NCBI GenBank assembly: GCA_010093605.1
Contig: MU004182.1
Span: forward strand, 2,031,195 to 2,095,194
Direction of reading: 5' to 3'
DNA length: 64,000 nucleotides
DNA from: Lophium mytilinum
Lineage: Eukaryota
The first letter of the stretch is position 1. The number at the start of each line of letters is the position of its first letter. This document shows, piece by piece, positions 50,841 to 62,783 of the stretch. Below the pieces are notes generated by a model, which saw nothing but the letters and a program-made list of their open reading frames with translations, was not told the DNA's origin and ran no database searches. The position numbers and the translations under genes were made by a program.

Positions 50841-53800
50841 TCACAGATACCTCTTCTCCCTCGTCTCCTCATAACACTGCACCTTATCCCCGACCTCGAA
50901 CCCCTCCCAGTCCTCAAACCCAATCCCGCACTCGCTATTCTTCGGCATCTCCAGAACATCCTTCTTAACGTTCTTAAGCGACGACAGCGTACCTAAGCCC
51001 CATTAGCAAACGAACAGAAGAGAACAAAGAGTCCATAACTCACCCTCGTACACGTTCTCCTCCCCCCTCACCACCCTCACCAACGCCCCCTTCTTCATCA
51101 CCCCATTCCGCACCTTGCTCCCCGCAATCGCAATCTTCTTCCGCCCCGCCAGCGTAATGCTGAACATCTGCGCCACCTCCGCCTCGCCGGTAACGCGCTT
51201 GACGACAGTCGGGGGCAGCCGCTCGCTCAATAGGGCCCGCACGTCCTCGGACAGCCGGTAGATGATATTCGAATCCAGCACCCTGACCCCCTTCTCCTCC
51301 GCCAGCGCTGCGATCTGCGGCGGGATCGTTGTGTTGAAGTTGATAATATGCCCTTTCGCTGCCGCAGCATGCTGCACATCGAACTCAGAGGGCGGGCCGA
51401 CGCCAGAGCGCAGGATGCTGCAGCCGACCTCAGCATTCCCAAGAGGCGCGATGGAGTCCGTAACAGCCTCCACAGACCCAGAGACATCAGCCTTCACGAT
51501 GAAAGGAACGATCTCAGGGCCAGACATCTTCGCGACCGCCGCCACCACAGCGGCCGGGTCGTCCTCGCCCGCGGCTTCGGCGGCAGCAACAGCCTTCTCC
51601 TTCTCAATGCGCTCGGCCTCAACGCGGCGGAACTCGTTGATAGCCTCCATGTCCTTGGCGAGGCGGATGCGCTCCTCGGCGTCGGCGCGGAACTCAGAAA
51701 CCGCGGACGCTTTCTGCTCGTCGGGGGCCTGGAGGACCTCGTCGCCAGCGAGGGGCTGCTCGCGCCAGCCGTCGACTTCTACAGGCATGCCGGGCCCGAC
51801 AGCGTCGATGTGTGCGCCGGCTTCATTCTTGAGCGTGCGGACGCGCGCCCAGGTGGTGCCGGCGACGAGGATATCGCCAACGTGTAGGGTGCCGCGGCGG
51901 ATAAGGAGGGTAGCGACGCGCCCGGATTTGCGAGTTGTGCCCTCCAGGACCCAGCCTTCCACGGGCCCTTCAGGGTCGGCGCGGTGGTCGAGGATCTCGG
52001 AGAGGGTGACAATGGATTCTTCGAGCGCGGGCATTCCGGTGCCTGTCTTGCCACTGACGCAGACGACCTGGGTTTCACCGCCGAAGTCTTCGACGTCGAC
52101 GCCGTGGCGGGCGAGGTCCTGCTTCACGCGGTCCGGGTTCGCTTCTTCCTTGTCGATTTTGTTGATGGCGACGATGATGGGGACGTTGGCGGATTGGGCG
52201 TGCTTGATTGCTTCGATGGTTTGCGGCTTGACAGAATCGTCGGCGGCTACGACGAGAATTACTATGTCTGTTACGTTTGCTCCGCGCTGTCGCATAGATA
52301 GGAAGGCGGCGTGTCCAGGTGTATCTAAGAAGGTGATGGTCTTTCCAGATTCCAGGGGTACGCTGAAGGCGCCGATGTGCTGGGTGATGCCGCCGAATTC
52401 GGATGCGGCAACACTCGAGTTTCGCAGGAAGTCCAGGATAGTAGTCTTACCGTGATCAACATGTCCCATGATCGTAACGACCGGAGGTCTAGCGGGTAGT
52501 ATGGAGACATCCTCGGGCAGTGGAGCAGGATGCAGATCGATGTCCTCTTCCGCAGCTTGTATTATGGGCTCGAAGTTGTATTCCATGGCTACCAAAGCAG
52601 AGTTCTCCGCGTTGAGAATGTGATCGTTCTGGATGTCCTCGAATCCAAGTTCTTCTAGTTTACGGACAAAGTCTTCCACTCGAATCTTCAGTGCGGAGGC
52701 AAGATTCGTTACGCTGATGTACTCTGGAAGTTGGATTGGAGTTGGCTCGGTTCTTGTCAACTGAGCTTTCCTCTTCTCGTCTTTCCTTCGTCGTTTGCGT
52801 TCTGCCCGGGCCATGCCTTCGTCCATTTCATCCTCCTGGGCCGATGACCGCGCAATGCGCATTCTACCCTTCCGACGATCTTTTTCATACGCAGGCTCTT
52901 CCTCCTTCTGGGTGAAGCGCGCCGAGCGTCGTCGCCATGCTTCAGCTGCAGCTCGCTTCTCTGCATCGTAGTGATCGGTAGCAGAGACGATACTCGAGGC
53001 CTCTGCCGAAGCTGCTTGATTTGGTTCGTTGGTGGCCGATAGCGCGTCGTTGCGCCCTTCTCGCAGCGGTGCATTCTGGCTACCATATTTCAAACGTGAC
53101 GTAGGTACGAATTGCTGCACAGTGGGACAATCACTTCCTCTATGCCCTGCCTCTCCACATCTGAAGCATTTGAAGCCTCCGACTGATTCCCTCGCCAACG
53201 GTACATAGGGTCTTGCTTGTCGTTGGTCTGGCTGTTTATTCCCCTGTGAAAATCCACCCATCAACCGTTCTAGTTCGCCGTCATCCCTCTTCCGTCGCGG
53301 CTCGCTTGGCCGAGGGTTCTTTTCCATACTCTTTAGGAAGTCTCCCAAACCACTACTAGCAGCCGCGGGCTCGCTTCTCCCCAAATTTGAAGCTCGTGGT
53401 CCATCTCGACTCCCAGCAGGCTGACTGACTTCGCCCCGCTTTCTCAAATGTGACCAATTAGACACTCTCTCTGGATTCATCGGGAGGACTTCCGGCGTAG
53501 GGGGCCCTTGAGAGTGAGTTGAGTCAAGTCGGCGGAGAGTAAATCGTTCGCCCGGGGGCCGCGACGGCTGTTGGACTGGTTCCCTTCGAGCAGGACTGAT
53601 CAGCCCGAAGCCCCTCCGATCCTGCCCCTGTGAACTTCTTGTATTCTGTGGTGTTCTCGACGCATTCTGTGCCTGCCGCCTCTGGATTTCTTCTCGGATC
53701 CTCTGCTCTTCCCGCGTCAGCCCGCCTAGAGGACTGCTCAGTCCGAAACCGCCTCTTTCCTGCTGTTGTGGAGCTGGCGCGCTCCGGGCTGCGAGCGCCG

Positions 53801-54173
53801 CCTGTTGTAGAGCCTGCTGCTGTCGTCGTTTCTGTAGATTCTCCTTTATCCTCCGTTCCTCTGCATTTAGTCCGCTTATAGGTGTAGCTGCGGCACCGAA
53901 CGATTGTCCCCAGTCGTTCGAGGAACTCGGAGGCTGCTGATGATCATCGTGTCGTAATTGCGTAGCAGAGGCCGATTGGGGCGCGTTGTTAGAGTAATGA
54001 AGGTCGCGCTGTTGTGCAACGGTTGAGCGGCGAATTGATGGGATGATGCCATCAGAGCCATTCGCGCAAAAGATGCAGATGTTCCAGGTAGATGACCCCT
54101 AAATTTGTATTAGCTAGAGCCGTATATGATGAACAAGAAGACTTGCCCTCACGAAACTAGAACTCCTCCTCAT
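50841..54173 (-). CDS. IFM1: Mitochondrial translation initiation factor IF-2
   Basis: RPPVVTIMGHVDHGKTT, GGITQHIGAF, FLDTPGH, NKID, KADVSGSVEA; last exon ..ECGIGFED; N-terminal extension open from 54098; 27-nt first exon. Confidence 0.93.
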
Positions 54174-54574
54174 GGTGGGCGTTGATGATTGAAGTGCATT
54201 GAATGGATGCCAAAAAACTCGGGAGAGACGGCCGAGCTCGAAATCTATATCGGGTTTAGCGCCTTTAGCTAGCTTAGTTCTATACTTTCATCACTTCATC
54301 ACGTCTTCTCCAGCATTTGCAGGACTATAATTGCATGATACAAGGTTCATTGCAGCTGTTCCGTAATAGTATCGAGCTATCGTACCGATGGGCCATTCAA
54401 AGTTTCAGTGAATGGCCTTCCATGTCGGAATAAACAAACCAAGATGCACTCCTCTCCTGCCTTACCCTCTCAATCCTCCCAACATATCCGGACAGCATTG
54501 GATCCACTGTAATCCTGTAATTAGGACAGTCGTCCATTTAATGCTCTTTCGATGTTGTTGAGCCGTCTCTGGGT

Positions 54575-55753
54575 TCAAATTGCTAGGATGGTGCTCAGAA
54601 GGTCTTCCATCTTCTCATCCTCTTCTGCCAACTTCCGAGTCTTCTTAACTTTCCTTGTCTTCTGCTTTTCCTGAATCTGCAACGCGGAGCGATCGACATC
54701 GACCTGCGTCAGCATCTCCGATCTAATGCGCGCCAGATTGTCCGCGTTATAGTTGATATGCTGGAACCCCGTCATGAACTCCCATGGCGTGACTCTGACA
54801 GTCAACACTACTCTCTCACAACGTAAAACGGTCCAGAGAGGCTGTATCAGATCCAGAGCTGGCCCAGCGCGCATCCCTCCTCCAATATCAGCAGACGTAT
54901 GGGCACGTCCGACGTTGTAAACCTCAACCTCCACTCTCTTCAAGCTCTCCAGATTTGTAAGAGCGTATTGGCAGAGCTCGGCACACGATCGCCTTCCGTT
55001 TTTTAGTTCGCAGTCCTGCTCGTATGGGGCGAGGAGAATCTTGATCCCTTCAACCCGAGCCCGAGCTTCCTTTGCGAGCATGTTCAGCCAGGCGACGGTG
55101 GCGTAGCACTGGTAACGACCTAGTCCATGGCCGCTTGAAGCTCCATCGAGGACATGGAAAGTGCGGCCTTTGTACAGAAACTGGAAAGCCTCGTTGTAGA
55201 TCAGTCGGCTAACTCGTAGGATGGAGGCGCCAGGCCGACTACTGGCAAGCTCAGCGGGGGTGGAATTTCGTATACTCATGCTAGGGCCTCTCGGGGGGCC
55301 AGAAATGTCAAGCCTTTTACGGGTGGAGAGACGAAATTCGGGGCCAGGGCATGTGTATCTGAGATACGCATGCTCCCCATTCCTGTCTGGCCGAGGACAG
55401 TTGCATCTGGCATCTTCATCAACCTTCTTAACGCCTTGGAAGTTGATATGGGGCCAGTGGGTAGTGTAATTGATAGACGTCAGTTCATGTCCTGGCCGAG
55501 GCCCCAACAGGGATTCGTAGATTATAATGCGAATGTCGACAGGGAGATCGAGGAATCGAAAAGGTCCCCTGGATGCCGCAGAGACTCTTGCATTTCGAGT
55601 TCTATTGCCCCGGCTAGCTCGTCGTAAAGATGGCGGCGTGGGAACCAGCAAGGAAAGATCATTTGCGCCTGCAATGAGGCCGTCGATATCCGCCCGTCGT
55701 GACTGTCCAGGACGTCGTCGACCGGCCCTCATTGTTGGAATAGTGTTGGACAT
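54575..55753 (-). CDS. Hypothetical protein with F-box-like N-terminal motif
   Basis: PFRFLDLPVDIRIIIYESLL and SILRVSRLIYNEAFQFLY, common in lineage-specific fungal families. Confidence 0.7.
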   Translation of the reverse strand: MSNTIPTMRAGRRRPGQSRRADIDGLIAGANDLSLLVPTPPSLRRASRGNRTRNARVSAASRGPFRFLDLPVDIRIIIYESLLGPRPGHELTSINYTTHWPHINFQGVKKVDEDARCNCPRPDRNGEHAYLRYTCPGPEFRLSTRKRLDISGPPRGPSMSIRNSTPAELASSRPGASILRVSRLIYNEAFQFLYKGRTFHVLDGASSGHGLGRYQCYATVAWLNMLAKEARARVEGIKILLAPYEQDCELKNGRRSCAELCQYALTNLESLKRVEVEVYNVGRAHTSADIGGGMRAGPALDLIQPLWTVLRCERVVLTVRVTPWEFMTGFQHINYNADNLARIRSEMLTQVDVDRSALQIQEKQKTRKVKKTRKLAEEDEKMEDLLSTILAI

Positions 55754-56364
55754 GATGCGACCCAACGCAATTTTGGCTAGGTTGAGCAGACCAACGCGAT
55801 TTTGATCAGGTCGAGAAGACCAACGCTCAAATTTCGGTAGTTGTAAGCTCCCGATGGTGAATGCTTTAATCGATATCAGGCTACAGCTTTAGCTCAAGAC
55901 ATTAGAGCAAGAAGGATGCGAACCTTAGCGTGACTCTTCAACAGTAGTCTTCGTGCTTTCACCCAGGCTTGTGTTTAATGATGAAGCAAGAGATGGCTTT
56001 CTGTCCGAAGTTCAAGTTTGTGGGAGATATAAAGGATGAAATACCGTGGATGGAGGTGTGCAGCGCCGGGGATTCAACCTAGTGTGGCGCAGGAAAGGGA
56101 GCCTAGCCACAGCCTGGAACCAGCCCGAGCTAAGGTTCACAACTGGGCAACATCATCTCCAACGCCAAAGCGAATAGAGCTAGAAGAATCCTACCAGCAA
56201 ACGAATGCCTAGACTAAGTTAGAACCATTGAAATTATAGCAGCCATGACATCGTGTCTCCGGACCTATCTCTGTTCCACATCACCACCTCCTTGACTTCA
56301 GACTACATTCACCCAACCTGTACTCGATTCATTATCCAGGAAGTCCAGAAGAAGCACATTCAAA

Positions 56365-56930
56365 ATGCACACCATCTCCAATCGCGCTCCATCAGGCCCA
56401 TCTAACATTCTCCTCCCAGGTCTTCCATTCTCACAGCCCTCGGCATCCGCGCCGCCTCCCCAACCTCACCAATCCCATCCTACACGGCCCACTACATAAT
56501 CCTTAATTTCATCTTCGCCTACGCCGCGCTCTCCTCACGCGGACTCAAAAACGCCTACAAGCTCGACCACAACGTCTCTCCTCGCGAAGACGTCTCCAAG
56601 TACGGCGAGCGCGCTGTCGCATCCGGCAAGATCACACAGGCACAACTGAATATGCTAAAGCGCAACGAGGGCGCGCATGCGAACGCTGTCGAAAACTTCA
56701 CCATGTTTGTGGGGAGTTTGCTATGGGCGCACCAAGCGGGTGTGCCCGTCGAGGTGATCAATGCGAGTGCATTGGTTTATACGATTGTGAGGGTGGTGTA
56801 TGCGGGGTTGTATTTGGGGATTGCTAGTCATAAGGCGAGTTACCTGAGGAGTATGGCGTGGTGGGCAGGGAACGCGGTGTGCTTTCGGTTGCTGTGGCTT
56901 GGAGGTAAGGTGGTTAATCAGGGACGTTGA
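56365..56930 (+). CDS. MAPEG-family membrane protein
   Basis: DHNVSPRED..RNEGAHANAVENF..YTIVRVVY..LRSMAWW; reading frame open from 56421; start codon appears split by intron 56367-56419. Confidence 0.85.
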
Positions 56931-57187
56931 TGGGGTGGTGAGGGAGTGGAGAGAGGTCTATGACTGAAGTTCGATCTGCTCAAAGACTACAGTTTTCTCG
57001 GGTAAAGAGTCTGTATATCGTTTCTTATCTGTGGGAATGGAACCTTTGGCAAGTTTTGCTACGTATGCTTTTTGTCCGTCTCCATCGACTATCTAGTTGA
57101 CCGTTTCACGCTTCAATTTCGTACCCTCCGTCATCCTTTTTCCTTTCCAATGGACCTCTCTCCCCAATACTTGCTCTCTTCGCCCCT

Positions 57188-58072
57188 TCAAATCAACGCC
57201 GCCTCCCCAGGAATCAACGTCCCATTCTCAATCGCCGCCCCATGCCCTCTCGCCAGATACCCATATACCGGGAAATACCGATCCAAGAATGGAATCAGCT
57301 CCGCCGCACCAGGCGTAGCTCGCCAGTCCCTCATCAAATCGCACACAATCGCGAACAAGCTTACGATCTGCACACCCACCCTCGCCATCCGGTCATTCGA
57401 GATATCCCGCACCAGCGTGCTCGTGGTCCCAGAGGCTTCAGCATTCGCCCACACGCTATAGCCCTCGGCGCGCAGCGAGAGCGCAAGGAACGCCGTGCAG
57501 ACGTCGGTCGTGATGCCGGCGATGATGATTTGGGACTTTCCGGTGGCTTTGATGGCGGCGCGGAAATCGGCGTTGTCCCAGGCGTCGACTTCGCCTTGGC
57601 GCTTGATGAGGGGAGCTGTGGGGTACATTTCGAGGATTTCTCGGGGGAGGGGACCGTTGGGGCCTAGGCGTTGTTACGAGACGTAATGAACGCGGGACAA
57701 GGGGGGTCAATTACCGGTCTGAGCGGACGTAGTCATGACGACAGGGAGATTGAACACCTTGCCGATGGCGGCGTGCGCGATGATGTTGTCGCGGAAGACG
57801 GTCGGGTCCATGTCACGGGCGACGGTATAGAGACCGACTTGGAGATCGAGAACTACGAGGACCTAGGATTGATGTGAGAGCTGCTCGAGAGGGAACGAGG
57901 GGAGAGCCTTACGGAATCATTCTTGTTCAGGCGCTCCCATGGGACTACGGCTATCGAACTGTTAAACACTGGATATGGGACGGGGGGTTCCGAGGGTCGT
58001 CAACGTACTGTTCGCACACACGCCAGTGGCAAGCCCGAGGGCGGCCAGGAAAGAGAGAGCTCCGAATTTCAT
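57188..58072 (-). CDS. Isochorismatase-family (YcaC-like) hydrolase with signal peptide
   Basis: MKFGALSFLAALGLATGVCA; LVVLDLQVGL; TTSAQT|GPNGPLP; EVDAWDN; AGITTDVC. Confidence 0.9.
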
Positions 58073-58923
58073 TGTCGATAAAGCTAAATATGCTCGTGGG
58101 AGTATTCCTTCCTTCTCTTACTCGGGTCTGAGGGATCTGCTTGCTTGGTAAATCTTCAATGCAGCGCTCTCCCTCTTTTATAGCCCCCGAACAACCCTGG
58201 AACCAGCACAATCATTCTAACTTTCAAGAAGGTCCCAATTCCTTGACCTTGCTCGCTCCATCGCGGCGACATGCATCTATATTGCATGCGTGGAGACGGG
58301 TCGCTTGGTAAGGTCTTGGTGATGCATCTCTTCGGAAGTTTTTAGTCGCCGTCGAGTTATCACACACCGGATAGGGAACAGCGTGGCCGTTGGCGGGAAG
58401 CTTCCCCACATCCGCCACTGCAGCCGACACGGATAGTGGAGTCTACTTCGGAAGTTAAATTTTTATAGCTCGAGTTGAGGGAAGATCACGGTAGCACGAG
58501 GCTGGTACCAAGGCCGACAATATGCTGACATAGAGTTTTGTCATGGAGAGTTGCGGTCTAGCCAAGGGCGGTACAGATTAAGAACGGAAACGTGCGTTTT
58601 GGATCCCTGCGATGGAGGACAGGGACCCTAGTACGTGCAGCGGAAAAATGGCGCTTAAGAGCCCGAGGCTCTGTTGACGAGCAATTCGTCAGCATGGACA
58701 AATGCGAGGCCAAGATTCTTGAGTAGTGAATTCTCCCAGGTATGAAGTGTCCTACAATCGGCCTCGTGATTGTAAACTACACCACCTGGATGAAAAAAAG
58801 GCCATGAAGATGAGACCAGCGCAAAACATCCCACCAAGCATTTGTCAACAACCCTCAACTCCGCAATACACGACCCAAATCTCATTTCCTATGCGCGTTC
58901 CCATGGTGGGAGCGAGGCTTTGG

Positions 58924-59345
58924 TCACTTGCCGTAGACTATGTATAATGCCGCAATAGCAGCTAATAGGACTGCGATGAGCCTGTAGTCCAATGGCTTCG
59001 GAATCCTGGCCATCTGATCGTGATATACGTCCATTGTCTGGGCGTAGTTGAATTGTCGAGATTGGTCCTCTGCCGTGTTCTCATGGATGTTAAGATGGTC
59101 GAGATCCTTCCACAGATCGGTCCCTATAGGCGCATTGAACTGGAGAGCTTGTTGTCTCGTGGTGTTTTTTCGTATGGTCCTCGTCTTACCATCCGTAGCT
59201 CCCTCCAATTGCTCCAACTTGTGAAGATCTTCCTCGGTCAGAATGACCTTCCCAGTTTCTACTTTTGTTAGCCTTGCAGCGCAATAACGAGGCTACGACA
59301 TACTATCCGGAACTTTGTCTTTTATTACGTTGGCAATGTTCAGTT
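58924..59345 (-). pseudogene. 5'-truncated gene: two 14-aa pseudo-repeats and a C-terminal hydrophobic helix
   Basis: Canonical intron 59259-59303 (GTATGT..GCTAAC..AG); no in-frame ATG before an upstream stop; coding signal appears to end where the WD40 remnant starts. Confidence 0.6.
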
Positions 59346-59349
59346 CGCG

Positions 59350-61511
59350 GTCATTCTCATCAGATGGCACCTTGCTGGCGACATGTGCAATGGCCAACGA
59401 AGTTTGTCTGTGGCGTATCGATCTTGACTCACTATCTCTGATCCAAAAAATACACACATTCGACGATCAAAAAGTTGCTTGTGCTGCTTTCTCAATGGGT
59501 GGCAATACTCTCACTATAGGAGGAGATGACTATCGGATCCTACAGATGAAAACGACCGGAAATCCAGATACTATCCAGTATGAAAAGCACATGGAGCACC
59601 AATTCACTCGTACCAACCATCTTGACGAGTTCCACACGGACTTTAACAGACGTTCTGATAATCTCCTTAACATCTCAGCATCTTCGTTAGACGGTAAAAT
59701 GATTGCAGTCGGGGTGGGAAAAGGTGTCATCTTGTATCAAGCAGACGTCAATCCGGAAAGCTTCCCGATGCCCTATTCCACCGACAGTCATCCCTTCGAT
59801 AGAGTGAGAAACATCATTGTTGCACCAACGAACGACATTCTCCTCATCATTGAGGAAAATGGAGACATCTGGATCTGGAGAATACATCCAGGAAGGCTGG
59901 AACGAACTTTCAAAATTCTAGGTCCTGATTGGGGCATCTACAATTATTTGCTGAACGCAGCGTTCTTTCCTGACGGTAATACGATTCTAATGGCTTGGCA
60001 AAACAAGGTAGACTTCTGGGATCTCAGGAATCGATCGAAAGCGCCGCTCAAATTGCACTCATTCGAAGTGTTCGAGACCTCCTACGCCATAGAAACGGAC
60101 GTGGGCATAGAGTCAATTGTCCCTGGTATTATTAGCGGTATTTCACTGCTGGCGCTGAGCCTTAGCAATGGGGTTGTACAGCTATAGGATGCCGATATAG
60201 CATCGCCATCCTTTTTAGGCCCCATCGACACTCAGTTCCAGTTCAACATGGGCTCTGCGCGCCTGAGTCTAGTCTCTGGACAAAAGAGGGCCCTATTGTG
60301 CTCCGCACATTATCCGCTTGAAAGGCACCCTTGGGTCAAACTATGGGACGTCCGCTCATGCTTAGAGAGGTTTGCACGGCGAGACCCTATGTATTTCTCG
60401 CACCGCCGTCTCGATTCGCATCAACTTGACCTAACAGTCACAAAAGGGACTGCCTTTCTGGGCAAATATATATGGAAACAAGAAGACATCCAACGCAACA
60501 GTAAATTTGTGGCAACTAGATCGCTCTGTTGTTCACTGTGTGCGTAAGCTATTGCGGACAATCCCAGCCAAGGGCGGAGTAGACGTGTCGGTGACCTCCT
60601 TTTCTGACGGCTCCCAGGACAGAGTCCGTCTGGGACTGCTCAAGGAACGTGCAGTCGACATCTGGGATTTAAGTGCGGATCCTCCTCGGCTGATGAGTGA
60701 GATCGAATTGACTTAACAGATCTCAACCCTTTGCAGACGGGAGTTTCTCGAATTGCATGCAAATGAAAGTAGTAAACTGTTAATCGCTGCAAACTTCAAC
60801 CTTGCCACGCAAATCTACTCGAACTCGGCCTCGGGGATTGTGCAGGTATTAGAGCTTGATGAGCATGGCCTATCTATAAAGCATGATGTCGTCCACCATG
60901 ATCCATATCCTTCGTTCTGCTCGCATCTTGCCGTGCGCTACTCGGCGGCAGAAAATAGCATAAACCTGGCGTACTCATCGTCCATGGATCTATTTCTATG
61001 CAAGATTCAAGGAAGCGAAAAGAAAGCATCAGTCCATTTCATGCCATCCTCTGCGCCGCCCCCTGAGGAGAAACTAGCGTTTGGCCGCGACGGTACCACT
61101 ATTGAGACATCAACGAAAACTATCATAGTAAGCACTATGTCGTCTCAGCGTAAACAACGTCGACGCGTAACATTGAGAGACCATTGGCTGTACGTAAATG
61201 GAAGACCAACCGTCTGGCTACCTTCCGATTCGATGCCAAAGGGGGGTTCTGTTTGGGCAGAAGACACTTTCGTTTTCGTCAACAAAGGAGACAACCTAGA
61301 TGTCTGGACGTTCGATATGGATGCAGCACTCCGTCATCAAAAGGCATGCGAAGCACAATATCCTTCGGCGCTACGGTTGGACGACATTGACTACGAAGTC
61401 GTGAGCGGGGAGGAACAAGAGTTGAAAAGTTGTAGAGAGTGCCAGGCCATAGGGAGAGGAACTAAGTGTTTTAATGAAGATCCTCGGGACAGACCACAGT
61501 CATTCCCGTAA
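59350..61511 (+). pseudogene. Degenerate WD40-repeat gene remnant (C-terminal part of NACHT-WD/HET-E-like NLR)
   Basis: FSSDGTLLAT, AFFPDG..VDFWDL, VKLWDV, VDIWDL, terminal HWLYVNGRPTVWLPSD typical of NWD C-termini; TAG 60185-60187, frameshift ~60470, TAA 60714-60716; no NACHT domain. Confidence 0.75.
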
Positions 61512-61761
61512 CTCTGATGGTACCGCCTTGATCAAGACCAGGTCTCTTTGCTGACTCAACAGCAGCACGGATGAGGCCGTGGCAAAGTTAGCAGAGCTGA
61601 GTCAGGATCTTCGCAAGCTCCCTGGTTTGACAAGACTGATGGATTACGCTGTACAGGTCGCGGTGAAGGCTGAGTAGTCAGTCGATCTCTATATCAAGGT
61701 AGGGCATGCATATAGCCTGGTCTTGTATCTGATCTATTGAGAGTATTGTGCAAGAAGTAGG

Positions 61762-62259
61762 CAGTGATGGTATTGGACTGGAGCGATTTAGAGGTGGACT
61801 GGATGGAGGCACTCGAAAAAAGCATTGGACTGGACTGGCTTTCTATATGGACCGCGTGGATTGAGGGTCGTAGATACTCCTAGCGGTCCAATGGTATCCT
61901 AGGTTCACAATTCTCGGCTTCTAATTGGTCTAAACGTTTAATTTATATAACTTTCACCTAAATTCTACGTGTCTATCACCTTCTTGATCTCCTCTTATAG
62001 CCTTTCTAGCTACTCTTTTACTATAGGGAGGGATTATATAACTATATCCTTACTAATTAGTAGTAATATATAAGTATCTCTAAACCTTTTACTTAGAAAT
62101 TACTAACGCTAAACTACTTTTAGATAGGCACTAGCTATATTAGGTAACCCTCAGCCCTATCGTGGAGCTCCTGGTGCTCCTGGAGCTCCACAGAGGTTTC
62201 TGGTAGATCGCGTGGATTGAAGGCCCACTCCAGTCCACTCCAGTCCAATACCATCACTG
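61762..62259. mobile_element. Non-autonomous hAT-like element (MITE), RIP-like degeneration
   Basis: Perfect 22-bp TIRs CAGTGATGGTATTGGACTGGAG (61762-61783 / 62238-62259); 8-bp TSD GAAGTAGG / GAAGTGGG; subterminal TGGAC repeats; AT- and TpA-rich interior. Confidence 0.9.
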
Positions 62260-62783
62260 GAAGTGGGATTGATTTATGTTAGGCTAAAGCATGCTCTACA
62301 GATAGTAATGTGTCAGAGAGCTAAGAGCGAGAATTACACCTTGGAAAGCCACAGCTTTTACTAATCAGGATTAAAATTGAGACCATGGCAGGATGTTAAT
62401 CGAGTCAGGAGACATGGTTAAGATAGCGCCACACGTGATCCACCTCACTCTGGTGAACATGGTATGCACGAAGTTTCCTCGTCATAAATTAGGTTCCACC
62501 AAGCTCTACCTGGGCCAGTATATGTTTTCCTCACTGGTCTTTGACTTTTTATCCGTTCAGTTTCCGTTTTCGTCCGATGGAGGAACCTTGAAAGTGATGT
62601 CGATATCAAGATTTATAAGCAGCCAACAAAACGACGGACTAGAAGTGAACAGCAGTCCCTTCCAACTTCCCCTCCCGATTCCCATGTCATCACTCTACTT
62701 AATCAATCTCCATTCCTTTCGTAGATTTTAGCTTTCGTCTCCAATTTCTATACCGGCTTTCCCGGATTGTGGACTGGGTTGCC

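Noticed and set aside
51262..52455. 397-aa ORF antisense to mtIF2
   Set aside because: Ser/Ala/Thr-rich antisense shadow
60185..60187. TAG as an A-to-I editing-corrected stop
   Set aside because: The same gene also has a frameshift, a TAA and no 5' half, so pseudogenisation is more parsimonious
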